From a candidate division WOR-3 bacterium (GTDB taxonomy: Bacteria; Hydrothermota; Hydrothermia; UBA1063; CAJXJZ01): a DNA stretch of 64,000 nucleotides. A model generated the notes under the pieces. That model did no database searches, had not been told where the DNA came from, and was given only the letters and a program-made list of their open reading frames with translations. Made by a program: the position numbers and the translations under genes. Below are positions 46,773 to 57,237 of the stretch, one piece after another (within the stretch, counting starts at the first letter, position 1; each line of letters starts with the position of its first letter). Location of the stretch: positions 79,483 through 143,482 of the forward strand of contig JALSNX010000030.1 in the NCBI GenBank assembly GCA_026986775.1, given 5' to 3'.

Positions 46773-49079
46773 TTTTTTAATTATCCTGAAAGAGTAAAGT
46801 TCTTCTCTTTTTTTACCTGTAATCTCCTCAAGAACTCTGTAAATACCCTTTTGTCGTTTTAAAATTACTTTTGTATATTCTCCATGAGAAAGTAGTGTAT
46901 AGTCGTCAGTCTCTTTAGATTTGTTTGCTATGGGGGGGTGTATTTCATAATACTCTTTGAGTTTTAAAAGGTCTTTCTTTGTTCCTGTTATTATTTTTAT
47001 TATTTTTAGTCCTTCGGGCATAAACATGTTAAGTTCAGAGATTTTTTTCTCTATCGGAGCTTCTGTTCGTATATGTATAGTTTCAGCCTCACTCTCAACT
47101 CCAAGAGGTGTGGCATTTTTCATGGATATCATCCAGTGTTTTTTAAAACCTGATTTTCGCCCTATTTTTATGCCGGCCCTGAAAAGGCCTGTTATGAGTG
47201 ACTCTATTGTATCTGTATGACCTATGAGGGAGAATCCTTTCGTTTTGCTGTAGATAATTATGTAATCATATAAAGTTTCAGGCCTGAGGCTATTTTCTGT
47301 TTCAGTAATAGTAATACGTTCTCTTTCTATATGTAGTGGAAAACTTCTGCAAATATCATAGTCCTTTATCCATATACCACAGCCCTTGCATCCTCTGTAC
47401 TGACAGTTGTCCATATATTCTGAGTTTATTGCCCTTTTGAGTTCCCGATCTAAAAAACGTCTGTACACTCCTGTATCAACTACATCCCACGGCCTTTTTC
47501 CATTTTCACAACCTGTCTGAAATTCTTCAATAGTTTTACCCAGGATATGGGCTGCTCTTTCATACCTCTCAAATCTGAAAAACTCGTATCTTTCGTCAAA
47601 GAGAGCACCATTTTCAAAAGCGCGTAGTAAGAGATCGGATGTATTACTATCTCCACGTCCAAGCAAGCCTTCAATAAAGGATTGATAGGGGTTATGATAG
47701 GACATATAAACACCTTTTATCTTCCTGATTTCACTTTTTAGATAGTGTATCTTACTCTTTATAGTTTCAGGGTCTTCCTGTCGTATGCACTCAAAGGGTG
47801 TGTGTGGCCTTGGCACAAAAGGAGAAAATTTTGCATGAAAAATGATTTTTTTGCTTAATTTGCGTAGTTCTTTAAGGAAGTAGGGAATTTCCTCAATGTC
47901 TTTCTGTTCCTCAAAGGGTAAACCTAACATAAAATAAAGCTTAATGTGGTTATAGTTGTACTTTTCCGCAAGTTTTATGGTTCGCTCAATGGTTTCTAAT
48001 TCAACGTTTTTGTTTATAACTCCGCGTAGTCTCTCTGATACAGTTTCCGGCGCAAGCGTGATGTTGAATTTTTTCATAGAGTTTAAGAGTTTAAAAAGTT
48101 CTTCTGTGAGTGCATCAGTAGGAAGTGAGGGAAGAGAAACCGATATTTCAGGAAATTTTCTCCGTATATCAAACAATAAACTTTCAAGATAGGGGTAATC
48201 GCTTGTGGTGAAGGCAAGAAGAGATACATCTGTAAAACCGGTGCTTTTAATACCCTCTTCAATTATTCTCAATACGTCATCTGTACTTCTCCACCTTAAA
48301 GGTCTGTATGTAAACCCTCCCTGGCAGAATCTGCATCCCCTCGTACAACCCCTCATTATTTCCACAACGAGTCTCTTATGGACTATATCAATATTGGGAA
48401 CTATCTGTTTTACAGGATAGTCTTCAAATTTAAGCTCATAAACAGAGGCCTTTGAGGCTCTCTTCGTTCTTTCGGGTACGTATATGCCATTCAGTGAAGA
48501 AATGTGTTCTAAAAAGTTATCCTTTGTAAGGTCTCTTTGCTTGTACGCTTTGAGGTATGGTATCAGTTGTTTTACAACATTTTCTCCTTCACCCACTACA
48601 AAAAAGTCAACAAAAGGTTCAAGGGGACGGGGATTCATACTTGCAGGACCTCCCACAGCCACAAGAGGCATATCCTCTTCTCTTTCTTTGCTAAAAAAGG
48701 GTATTTTTGATAGTTTTAAACCGAGAAGTATATTGGTGTAGTTAAGTTCTGTATGCACTGAAAACCCTATGAGGTCCATATATCTTAAAGGCGTATAGGT
48801 TTCAAGGGTAAAAAGAGGAATAGACTCCTTTAACATAAAATTTATAGCATCAATCCAGGGTAAGAACACCCTTTCAGCATAAACTCCCTCAACGCTGTTC
48901 AATATGTGATAAATAATCTTCAAACCGAGATTGGACATACCTATTTCATAGGTTTCAGGATAAAATAGTGCAATACGTATGGTTTCAGGGTCTATGTCTT
49001 TGTGTATTTCATTGAACTCTCTACCAGTATATCTTCCTGGTTTCTCAAGGGTTTTGAGTGCGTTTCCAAATGGATGCAT
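46758..49079 (-). CDS. radical SAM family protein, fused TIGR03960-like radical SAM domain plus DUF2344 (TIGR03936)-like C-terminal domain
   Basis: CTRGCRFCQ is the CxxxCxxC radical SAM cluster motif. The N-terminal region (KPGRYTGREFNEIHKD...YEIGMSNLGLKIIY) and the 773-aa length are typical of this widespread uncharacterised fusion. Confidence 0.75.
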   Translation of the reverse strand: MHPFGNALKTLEKPGRYTGREFNEIHKDIDPETIRIALFYPETYEIGMSNLGLKIIYHILNSVEGVYAERVFLPWIDAINFMLKESIPLFTLETYTPLRYMDLIGFSVHTELNYTNILLGLKLSKIPFFSKEREEDMPLVAVGGPASMNPRPLEPFVDFFVVGEGENVVKQLIPYLKAYKQRDLTKDNFLEHISSLNGIYVPERTKRASKASVYELKFEDYPVKQIVPNIDIVHKRLVVEIMRGCTRGCRFCQGGFTYRPLRWRSTDDVLRIIEEGIKSTGFTDVSLLAFTTSDYPYLESLLFDIRRKFPEISVSLPSLPTDALTEELFKLLNSMKKFNITLAPETVSERLRGVINKNVELETIERTIKLAEKYNYNHIKLYFMLGLPFEEQKDIEEIPYFLKELRKLSKKIIFHAKFSPFVPRPHTPFECIRQEDPETIKSKIHYLKSEIRKIKGVYMSYHNPYQSFIEGLLGRGDSNTSDLLLRAFENGALFDERYEFFRFERYERAAHILGKTIEEFQTGCENGKRPWDVVDTGVYRRFLDRELKRAINSEYMDNCQYRGCKGCGIWIKDYDICRSFPLHIERERITITETENSLRPETLYDYIIIYSKTKGFSLIGHTDTIESLITGLFRAGIKIGRKSGFKKHWMISMKNATPLGVESEAETIHIRTEAPIEKKISELNMFMPEGLKIIKIITGTKKDLLKLKEYYEIHPPIANKSKETDDYTLLSHGEYTKVILKRQKGIYRVLEEITGKKREELYSFRIIKKLLSS

Positions 49080-49084
49080 TAAAG

Positions 49085-50104
49085 TTATATAGAAAATCTG
49101 ATGTTTATAACGTCTCCATCCTGAACTATGTAATCTTTACCCTCAAGGTGCATGAGATTAAGATTCTTTGCCTCTTTATGAGAACCGGCTTTAATAAAGT
49201 CATCGTAATGAATTATCTCAGCCCTTATAAACCCTCTCTGAATATCTGAATGGATTTTACCTGCAGCCTCATATACTGTTGAGCCCTTTTTAAGAAGCCA
49301 CGCTCTTGTCTCCTTTTCGCCGGCAGTGTAGAATATAATATAGCCGAGCTCTCTTAAAATGATCTCCTCAAGTCTGTGTACTGCACTGTCTTTGAGTCCG
49401 TATTCCCTTAGTAATTCCTCCCGTTCCTTTTCATCTTCTATTTCTGCGAGTTCCCTCTCAATACTCAGGGGTGCACACAGTGCAGGATACCCCATGTATT
49501 CTGAAGTACAGTCTTTCTCAAGTGCATTTTCTGATACATTTAATAGAACAATGCGGGGTCTGGTGGTTATAAATGGGTTTCCTGAAATCATTTTTTGTTC
49601 CTGTTCTGATAGCTCAAGAGATGTTATGGGCTTTTCTTCTAAAAGGTTTGAATGTATTTTTTTCAGTAATTCAAGTTCTTTCTCCGCCCCTTTTTTTGCC
49701 TTAACTTCCTTTTGTAGCCTTGCTATGCGTTTTTCTGCAAACTGAAGGTCAGAAAATATCAGCCTGAGATTGATATCCTCAAAATCTTCTCTCGGGTCCT
49801 TTTGGGAAAATGCGTCTATTACATGAATTAGAACATCATAGCTGATAAGTTCCTGAAGGATTTCGCCTGTTTTTTCCTCCTTCCACAGTTTCCCAAATCC
49901 ATCAAAATCCCCCACTTCGTAATTAACAGGTGTAATTTTTCTGGAATTTAATAATCTACCCAACTCAAAAACCCTTCTATCTTTTGATACAAATGTACCA
50001 ATCTGTGAAAAATAGCCCTTTTTTCTTGAAAAATGTGTACCCACAAGGGAATAGAATAAAGAGGTTTTCCCGACAGCTGTATTTCCGATAATGGCGAGTT
50101 TCAT
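49085..50104 (-). CDS. ychF: YchF/Obg-family GTPase (ribosome-associated ATPase YchF-like) with C-terminal TGS domain
   Basis: P-loop IIGNTAVGKTS. C-terminal TGS-type block RGFIRAEIIHYDDFIKAGS...EGKDYIVQDGDVINIRF. Confidence 0.75.
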   Translation of the reverse strand: MKLAIIGNTAVGKTSLFYSLVGTHFSRKKGYFSQIGTFVSKDRRVFELGRLLNSRKITPVNYEVGDFDGFGKLWKEEKTGEILQELISYDVLIHVIDAFSQKDPREDFEDINLRLIFSDLQFAEKRIARLQKEVKAKKGAEKELELLKKIHSNLLEEKPITSLELSEQEQKMISGNPFITTRPRIVLLNVSENALEKDCTSEYMGYPALCAPLSIERELAEIEDEKEREELLREYGLKDSAVHRLEEIILRELGYIIFYTAGEKETRAWLLKKGSTVYEAAGKIHSDIQRGFIRAEIIHYDDFIKAGSHKEAKNLNLMHLEGKDYIVQDGDVINIRFSI

Positions 50105-50110
50105 AATTTA

Positions 50111-50959
50111 TTACGGAAGTTTACCTCTTTTACGCATGCCTTTAATTGTGTTAAGAAGGAGCATATATGATGTTACAGGTCCCACGCCACCAGGTACGGG
50201 TGTTATGAACATTAATCCCTTTTCTTTATACTCCTTTTCCTCAAAATTAATGGCCATATCACCAACTATTTTACCCTCTACAATGTTAATAGCTACGTCA
50301 ATCAGGAAGGTAGCGTTTTGTACCATATCCTCTGTTATAAGACCAGGATGGCCTGCTGCTGAGATAACAACATCTGCTTTATTTGTAAATTCTTTAAGGT
50401 TTTCAGTTTTTGAATGACATACGGTGCAGGTTGCGTCCTCACTGAGGAGCATATGAAAGAGAGGAAGTCCTACAGTAGTGCTTCTCCCCACAATAACAAC
50501 GTGTTTACCTGTTAGTTTGTAGTTAACTTCTTTAAAAAATTCCATCACAGCTAAAGGGGTGGCGGGGAACAATCCATCTTCTTTTTTATATAGAGCAGCG
50601 ATATTTGCATCTGTCTGTCCATCAATATCCTTCCACTTTGGTACGCGGTTTATAATTTCCCTTTTCATCCTGACTACGTAGGGACGTGTGATAATAATAC
50701 CGTCAACATCATCATCAGTTGCAAGTACCTTTACGATCTCTTCAAGTTCTTCCTCTGATGTATTGGAATCCACTTCATAAAGAGTAATTCTGAAACCATT
50801 GTCTCTTGCCACTTTGGTTATGCTTTTGATATATGATCTGGATGGATTGTCTTCTATATTGAGAACCACACTTATATGTGGAGTTCCTTTATATGATGCC
50901 AGAGCATCGTTTAGTTCATCTTTTAATCGTGATATAATCTGCTCACCGCTTATAATCAT
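50111..50959 (-). CDS. folD: bifunctional methylenetetrahydrofolate dehydrogenase / methenyl-THF cyclohydrolase
   Basis: KHVVIVGRSTTVGLPLFHMLL...ATCTVCHSKT and PVPGGVGPVT are FolD signatures. ~282 aa. Confidence 0.92.
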   Translation of the reverse strand: MIISGEQIISRLKDELNDALASYKGTPHISVVLNIEDNPSRSYIKSITKVARDNGFRITLYEVDSNTSEEELEEIVKVLATDDDVDGIIITRPYVVRMKREIINRVPKWKDIDGQTDANIAALYKKEDGLFPATPLAVMEFFKEVNYKLTGKHVVIVGRSTTVGLPLFHMLLSEDATCTVCHSKTENLKEFTNKADVVISAAGHPGLITEDMVQNATFLIDVAINIVEGKIVGDMAINFEEKEYKEKGLMFITPVPGGVGPVTSYMLLLNTIKGMRKRGKLP

Positions 50960-51072
50960 GCAAATATTATACGGGTATATATTCGGGTTTAAAAGTTTTT
51001 AAGAGGTTGGAGTGTTCAACTTGCCAATATCCTTTGTTTGCCATATAATAATTTTTAAACGCAAAAAAGGAG

Positions 51073-54000
51073 GTGTATATGGGGTGGTCCCCTAAAAGAT
51101 ACTTCTTTGTGCTGCTCATAGGAGGAGTGGCACTATTGCAGGCAGAAATTAAGAAGCCTGCAGAGACGGATACAGGAAAGAGACTTCCTCTTAAGGTAAA
51201 CATAAGCGTAACAAAACCCCGTGGTGTGAAGAGCACTCCCAAGGGCTACAAAGGAGTTCTTCATGAGAGCTTTGAAAGTGGTGTAATTCCAGATGCTTGG
51301 ACAATAATAGATGGAGACGGAGATGGAAATAAGTGGGGTGTGTATGATGATGCTGCATTTGCTCATACTGGAACGTATTCAGCAGCTGTTAGATGGAATT
51401 CTTCTGGAAATGATGACTGGCTTATAACCCCAGCGCTTTTACCACAGACAGGTGATTCCATAACTTTCTGGGCAAGGTCGCATTCGGCTACTTATCTTGA
51501 GGATTTTGATGTCCTTATTTCCACGACCACGACCGATACTAATGCATTTATATTGATAGATAGTGTCCGTGCCCTTGCCGATACCTATTCGTATTTTGCT
51601 TATGACCTTTCATCCTATGCTGGAGATACCATTTATGTGGCAATAAGGTGTGTATCTCAAAATGAATTCTATCTTCATGTAGATGACTTCTCTGGACCTG
51701 AATTATTAGACACAATACCTCCACAGATTAATATTGTTTTGGCGCCCAATCCTCATTTCTATACAGGAACAGATGATGTGATTGCAGCCGTTATTTCTGA
51801 TATATCTGGCATTGCATCTGCTGAGATACGTTATAGTACAGATTTAGGCAATACATGGACTCCAGTACAGATGGTTAAAGTAAATGGAGATACATTTATG
51901 GCCAGCATCCCTGCCCAGGCCAAGGGAAATAAGATACTCTGGTACGTTTACGCACAGGATAGTAGTAGCAATGATACTACAACTTCCGCATATTACTATA
52001 CAATTATGCCTTCTGGTAATGACCTTGTTTCATTCAGTGATGTGACAGAAGCATATCCTCTTATTTATGCCCTTATAGACCTTGGAATAGACCCTCTTCC
52101 TGACTATATGTTCCGTACTGATTTTTACACATATCAGGATTCTTTAAGTTACTGGAAGTCCATTTACTTTGGCGAGACAGGTGGACTTGGGGATACGCTT
52201 GTGGACGTTTTTGATAAATTCCTGTCCACAGGGAATGATACCAGCAGGAAAAGCGTGATTATTTTCGGTGATGATATAGCTTATTATGCTAATTCAGGTA
52301 ATTATCTTGATAAGCTCCACAGTGTTTTCAGAATAACATATATACAGGATGATTACTCAACTTCAACGGATAATGATACGATAGAAGGTGTAGTGGGTGA
52401 TCCCATTTCAGAAGGAATTCCGACCTTCACCGTATCCTCAAATTATCCTGACATGGTAGAACCCTGGTCTCCATGGGATAGTGTTGATATGCCGTGGAAA
52501 TTCCTCATTGTAACCACTGGAGATTCTACCAATACAGCAGGTGGTGTTGCATACAATGGACTTGAAAAACAGGTATTCTATATGCCCTATGAGGTATCTG
52601 AGATAGACAGTCAGTCAGCAGTTGATACCCTTATCGGTAGAATACATACATTTATAGAAAATAACATACTTCCTCCAATGCCTGATTGGTGTGGCATTCA
52701 ATGGCCCCAGGCGGACACTGTAACATATGATGTTGATACGCTGTCCGATGTCGTTTATGGTCAGGTTTATAAGGGTGGCGTTACAGACGTGGGTGTACAG
52801 GACAGTTCTAATTTCATAGTTGAACTTGGAGTTGGACCTGCGGGCACAATGCCTGATGATGAGAACTGGAAATGGGTAAGAGCAGTTTTCAATACGGCAC
52901 ATGGAAATGATGGAAATAACTATGAATATATGGCGCAGATTGATGTGAGAGGTCTTACACCTGGAGTTTATGATTATGCGTTCAGGTTTTCTTATAACGG
53001 TGGCCCATGGGTTTATGCAGACTGGGGTTCAAGCGGAGGATCAAATGATGGTTATCAGCCTGAAAATGCTGGAAAACTCTATGTTGTTACCCAGACACCA
53101 ATGGTGTCTATATACGAGATACAGGATACAACAGATACTACTTTTGCAGCAGATACGTCTGATTACTTTGGCCAGACAGTCACTACATTCGGTATTGTAA
53201 CCGGCGTTTATTCCAATGGATTCTTCCTTGAAGACCAGGCAGGTGGTGCATGGAGTGGTTTATGGGTTTATCTGAATGGTGCAGATACACTGTATGAGAT
53301 AGGCGATTCTCTAATCGTGGAAGGTGGTGTAACAGAATACCATGGACTTACAGAACTTTCACCAGATACAATTTTCCTCATAAAGAAGAATACCACTTTG
53401 CCAGTGCCTGTGGTGGTAAACACGGGTGCAGCAAATGATGAATCTTATGAAGGTGTTCTCCTTAGAGTCATTGGTGCTACCTGTACAAATCCTGACCTTG
53501 GCTATGGAGAATGGGAAGTTAATGATGGTTCGGGTGCATTAAGAGTTGATGATATGGGTGTAGCATATACTCCTGATTCCGGTGCTATGTATAACATAAC
53601 AGCGCCTTTGTATTATTCCTATGGGAATTACAAACTTGAACCAAGAGATTCTGCTGATATAGTGCAGTTTACCTATCCACAGGTGGTAATTAATGAAGTT
53701 TATTACGATGCCCCTGGTACAGATGCAGGTGTGTTTGTTGAGTTAAAGGCCGCTCCTGGAACCTCTCTTGACAATATCCATGTGTGGGGAGTTAATGGTG
53801 CAGATGGTTCAGTTTACAGTGATGTTGATCTTACGGGACATACTGTTGGACCTCGTGGATACTTTGTACTTGCCCAGGACAGCACAGTACCTAATGCTGA
53901 CACAATAACAGGTCTCGATTACCAGAATGGACCGGATAATGTTGTGCTTGTTTACATAGATGGTTCTGATACAACAGTATTGGATGCTCTTGGATATGGC

Positions 54001-55689
54001 TCAACCGATACCACAACATGGGTGTTTGTTGGTGAGGGTGTACCTGCACCAGACGTTACATCTGGTCTTTCGCTTCAGAGAATACCGGATGGCTCAGATA
54101 CCAATGATAACAGTGTTGATTTTGTGGGTCTTCCACCAACACCCGGCCGTAAAAACGCCACTTACGTGATATTTGAGGATAACTTTGACGATGATACTTT
54201 AAGATGGACTGGAAACTGGGCGAAGACAGGACTTTCATATCACAGTCCAGATTCTTCATTCACCGATTCTCCAACGGGTAACTATCCAGATAACTCTGTA
54301 CTCGTTGGTGAAATCAATCAGGACATTGACCTTACATCATACTACAGCGCTAAGATGGAATTCTGGACAAAATATGCGATTGAAGAGGGCTGGGACAGCG
54401 TGCATCTTCAGATTTCAACTGATAGTGGTGCAACCTGGACGGATATAAAGGCGTACACAGGAAATGTCTCTGATTGGACTAAAGAGACAGTTGACCTTGG
54501 TGCATATGCAGGAAAGGTTATAAGGCTCAGATTCGTTCTTATAAGTGATGCCGCTGTGAACTACGATGGTATGTATGTAGATGATGTTGTGATTTCCGGT
54601 AGCATGATTGATAATGGTGCACCTGCTATACATCACAAACCACCTACATTGAGAGACGATATTCTTGGTGATTTTGTGGCAGTTGCCTCTATTATAGACC
54701 CATCACCTATTGCCATTGATTCACTCTACTACAGGGCAGATACAATGAGTAGCTTTGTGGCTATAGCCCCCGATAGCATGGTAGATACACTCTCTTACTT
54801 CACCATTCCTGCACAGAGAATAGGCGCAAGAGTTGATTACTACTTTGTTGCAGCAGATACTGCAAGGAACAGAACACAGACAGAGGTTTACACCTACTAT
54901 CAGGGTGTGAAATTCATTTATGATGATGATGACCCACAATACTATATGCCGATGGCAACTGGAAGTAAGTATGCTGTTAGTATCTTCGCACCCGCGGATA
55001 CAGGTGTGGCTATAAGTGCGATGATGGTGCTACATTATTACTCACCTGGACAGGGTGTTACAGGTGGTGCTTACATCATTCATGTCTATGATAACACCTT
55101 TAATGACATCATTACTCCTGATACAGTTTACGAGGATACCACAATGGGCAATGTATTCTGGAAGGTTATAGACCTTACAGCGCTCAATAATGGTGAGCCT
55201 ATATATCTCTCATACAATGATACCATCTATCTTGGTGTGGAAGGTATTGATACCACAGTAGCACTGATGTTAGACCAGCCGAGTTCTGGATATTATCACA
55301 CCTATGTGTATAATGCTGATTCGGCGGCCTGGTATCTTGTTGATGCTGATCTCTTCATCAGAGCCATTGGTGACTACGTATCCGACGCTAAAGAAAATCT
55401 CAATAAACCTCTCAAATTTGCTGCGCTTGCACCAATGCCTAACCCGTTCCGTGGACATACTGTTATCAAATTTGCCCTTCCAGCGAAAGAGAGAGTAACA
55501 CTTGATATTTATGACATCAATGGAAGAAGAATTACGAGACTCTTAAACGGAAAACTCAATGCAGGCTGGCATACTGTATCCTGGAATGGCAGGGATGCAC
55601 GTGGCAGAAAAGTAAAATCCGGTGTCTACTTCTACAAACTCAACGCTGGCAAATACAGAAAGACCGTGAAGATGCTTCTTGTGCGATAG
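51073..55689 (+). CDS. large (1538 aa) T9SS cargo protein with choice-of-anchor-J-like N-terminal domain, lamin-tail domain (LTD) and T9SS C-terminal sorting domain
   Basis: AGGAGG RBS. Signal peptide. ESFESGVIPDAWTIIDGDGDGNKW resembles the choice-of-anchor J domain. VVINEVYYDAPGTDAGVFVELKAAPGTSLDNIHVWGVNG...LTGHTVGPRGYFVLAQDS fits the LTD. The C-terminus NPFRGHTVIKFALPAKERVTLDIYDINGRRITRL...SGVYFYKLNAGKYRKTVKMLLVR is a textbook Por secretion tail. Confidence 0.85.
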   Translation: MYMGWSPKRYFFVLLIGGVALLQAEIKKPAETDTGKRLPLKVNISVTKPRGVKSTPKGYKGVLHESFESGVIPDAWTIIDGDGDGNKWGVYDDAAFAHTGTYSAAVRWNSSGNDDWLITPALLPQTGDSITFWARSHSATYLEDFDVLISTTTTDTNAFILIDSVRALADTYSYFAYDLSSYAGDTIYVAIRCVSQNEFYLHVDDFSGPELLDTIPPQINIVLAPNPHFYTGTDDVIAAVISDISGIASAEIRYSTDLGNTWTPVQMVKVNGDTFMASIPAQAKGNKILWYVYAQDSSSNDTTTSAYYYTIMPSGNDLVSFSDVTEAYPLIYALIDLGIDPLPDYMFRTDFYTYQDSLSYWKSIYFGETGGLGDTLVDVFDKFLSTGNDTSRKSVIIFGDDIAYYANSGNYLDKLHSVFRITYIQDDYSTSTDNDTIEGVVGDPISEGIPTFTVSSNYPDMVEPWSPWDSVDMPWKFLIVTTGDSTNTAGGVAYNGLEKQVFYMPYEVSEIDSQSAVDTLIGRIHTFIENNILPPMPDWCGIQWPQADTVTYDVDTLSDVVYGQVYKGGVTDVGVQDSSNFIVELGVGPAGTMPDDENWKWVRAVFNTAHGNDGNNYEYMAQIDVRGLTPGVYDYAFRFSYNGGPWVYADWGSSGGSNDGYQPENAGKLYVVTQTPMVSIYEIQDTTDTTFAADTSDYFGQTVTTFGIVTGVYSNGFFLEDQAGGAWSGLWVYLNGADTLYEIGDSLIVEGGVTEYHGLTELSPDTIFLIKKNTTLPVPVVVNTGAANDESYEGVLLRVIGATCTNPDLGYGEWEVNDGSGALRVDDMGVAYTPDSGAMYNITAPLYYSYGNYKLEPRDSADIVQFTYPQVVINEVYYDAPGTDAGVFVELKAAPGTSLDNIHVWGVNGADGSVYSDVDLTGHTVGPRGYFVLAQDSTVPNADTITGLDYQNGPDNVVLVYIDGSDTTVLDALGYGSTDTTTWVFVGEGVPAPDVTSGLSLQRIPDGSDTNDNSVDFVGLPPTPGRKNATYVIFEDNFDDDTLRWTGNWAKTGLSYHSPDSSFTDSPTGNYPDNSVLVGEINQDIDLTSYYSAKMEFWTKYAIEEGWDSVHLQISTDSGATWTDIKAYTGNVSDWTKETVDLGAYAGKVIRLRFVLISDAAVNYDGMYVDDVVISGSMIDNGAPAIHHKPPTLRDDILGDFVAVASIIDPSPIAIDSLYYRADTMSSFVAIAPDSMVDTLSYFTIPAQRIGARVDYYFVAADTARNRTQTEVYTYYQGVKFIYDDDDPQYYMPMATGSKYAVSIFAPADTGVAISAMMVLHYYSPGQGVTGGAYIIHVYDNTFNDIITPDTVYEDTTMGNVFWKVIDLTALNNGEPIYLSYNDTIYLGVEGIDTTVALMLDQPSSGYYHTYVYNADSAAWYLVDADLFIRAIGDYVSDAKENLNKPLKFAALAPMPNPFRGHTVIKFALPAKERVTLDIYDINGRRITRLLNGKLNAGWHTVSWNGRDARGRKVKSGVYFYKLNAGKYRKTVKMLLVR

Positions 55690-55714
55690 TAAAAAGGGCA
55701 TAACTATATTTAAA

Positions 55715-55744
55715 GCGGGGCCATGTGGCCCCGCTTTTTTGTTT
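55715..55744 (+). terminator. intrinsic terminator after the 1538-aa gene
   Basis: gcggggcc-atgt-ggccccgc hairpin followed by TTTTTTGTTT. Confidence 0.7.
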
Positions 55745-55774
55745 ATACTGAAAATTGATGGTATAATTACCTTC

Positions 55775-56239
55775 ATGAGAATATTAAGATACATTGTAGC
55801 AACAGTTTTTATAGGGATAACAGCGTGTGCTCTTCTAAACAGTGCACAGAAGGTTATGGCCGTCAAAAATCTCAAAGTTACACTTTCCCGATTTGAATTA
55901 AATGGTGTTGACCTTCAGGGTATAAATAGCACTGTGTATATAAATGCAGAGAATCCCAATAGAGTAAGTGCAGAGATTGTATCTTTTGACTTTGATGTAC
56001 TTGTTAATTCAGAAAAGGTGAGCAGAGGAAGCCTCAGAAATACTGTTATTATCCCCCCACATGCTAAAAAGACCATTGAGATTCCGCTATATCTTCCGTT
56101 TACTGGCATGAGTTCTCTTGTCAAGAGAGTTTTATTGAACAAGAGTGCTGAAGTTGGTATTAGAGGATTTGTAGTTATCAATACATCAATAGGTACGATG
56201 CGATTCAAGGTTATTGACAGAACAGACAGGATATTCTGA
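55775..56239 (+). CDS. LEA14-like (LEA_2 / WHy domain) lipoprotein
   Basis: The ATG at 55775 lies downstream of the terminator (the track's TTG start at 55679 overlaps the previous gene and the terminator). Lipobox GITAC. NPN motif (INAENPNRVSAEIVSFDFDVLVN) and an IPPHAKKTIEIPL block are characteristic of LEA_2. Confidence 0.55.
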   Translation: MRILRYIVATVFIGITACALLNSAQKVMAVKNLKVTLSRFELNGVDLQGINSTVYINAENPNRVSAEIVSFDFDVLVNSEKVSRGSLRNTVIIPPHAKKTIEIPLYLPFTGMSSLVKRVLLNKSAEVGIRGFVVINTSIGTMRFKVIDRTDRIF

Positions 56240-56932
56240 ATGTTTTTCAAACTATTACTCGTGGCCATTACCCCGGGTATTGCAATACTTCTATACGTTT
56301 ATTACAGAGACAGGTATGAAAAGGAACCACCGGAACTTGTGAGAAAGGTCTTTGTGTACGGTGCCTTATCAACCTTACTGGCAGGTTCAGCTGAGATGAT
56401 TATGCTATCATTTCATTTCTGGTGGCTTAAAAAACATGTCCTCTTTTTATTTGCTTTTTTGTATTCCTTTATTGTTATTGGCCCTGTGGAGGAAGGGATA
56501 AAGTATATTGTAACCTATAAACTCACCTTTAAAAATCCAGAGTTCAATGAGCCTATGGATGGTATTGTTTATGCTACCTCTGCTTCGCTGGGTTTTGCCA
56601 CACTTGAAAATATAATGTATGTTTTCAGATACGGTATGAATGTGGGTATAGACAGGGCCTTTATATCCGTTCCTGTTCATGCCTTTATGGGTATCATAAT
56701 GGGTTCCTATCTGGGGAAGGCCAGATTTAAAGATAAAAGAGAAAGAACAAAACTACTGGCAAAGGCATTTTACGTCCCGGCACTTCTACATGGTTTTTTT
56801 GATTTTGTGCTATTGTCACGAACTCTTCTTGCAGTTCTCATTTATCCCTTTATAATATATATCATGATTCTTTCGCTTAAAGACATAGACAAAGCCCTGT
56901 TTTTAAGCCCATTTAAGAGGAAAGATGAGTAA
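56240..56932 (+). CDS. prsW: PrsW-family intramembrane metalloprotease
   Basis: Polytopic membrane protein with the PrsW signature motifs EEGIKY, FATLENIMY, HAFMGIIMG and LLHGFFD. Confidence 0.7.
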   Translation: MFFKLLLVAITPGIAILLYVYYRDRYEKEPPELVRKVFVYGALSTLLAGSAEMIMLSFHFWWLKKHVLFLFAFLYSFIVIGPVEEGIKYIVTYKLTFKNPEFNEPMDGIVYATSASLGFATLENIMYVFRYGMNVGIDRAFISVPVHAFMGIIMGSYLGKARFKDKRERTKLLAKAFYVPALLHGFFDFVLLSRTLLAVLIYPFIIYIMILSLKDIDKALFLSPFKRKDE

Positions 56933-57237
56933 AGAAAAGATAGTATCCATTTTTGTATTTATCAGCACACTTTTAGTGCTGTGGTTAAGAACCAGAAATC
57001 TTAATGCTGTCTGGCTTTTTGGAGTAGCAGGCAGAAATTATTTTGTTTATTATTATATGGTTTTCGGATATAATTGCAGAGTATCTTGGTCCTCTTTTAG
57101 GTTTGTGGGCCATTTTTGCAAGGGATTTTCCTTCAAACAATGTGCATGGTAATTCTCTTGCTCTTAAGTTGATAGGATGGATTCTAATTATATCCGTTTT
57201 TCTTTTGAGTTTTTGTGTAAGAGTTAATGCTTAGGTC

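Noticed and set aside
50960-51072. sigma-54 promoter upstream of the 1538-aa cargo gene (ttggagtgttcaacttgcc)
   Set aside because: The GG and GC elements are 14 nt apart rather than the 12 nt required. No GTGACAT sites are nearby.
56925-57234. Two small hydrophobic ORFs (75 and 63 aa) in the PrsW-GGDEF gap
   Set aside because: They have no RBS, overlap each other and are of low complexity. One of them could be a small membrane protein, but the sequence gives too little support to list as a feature.
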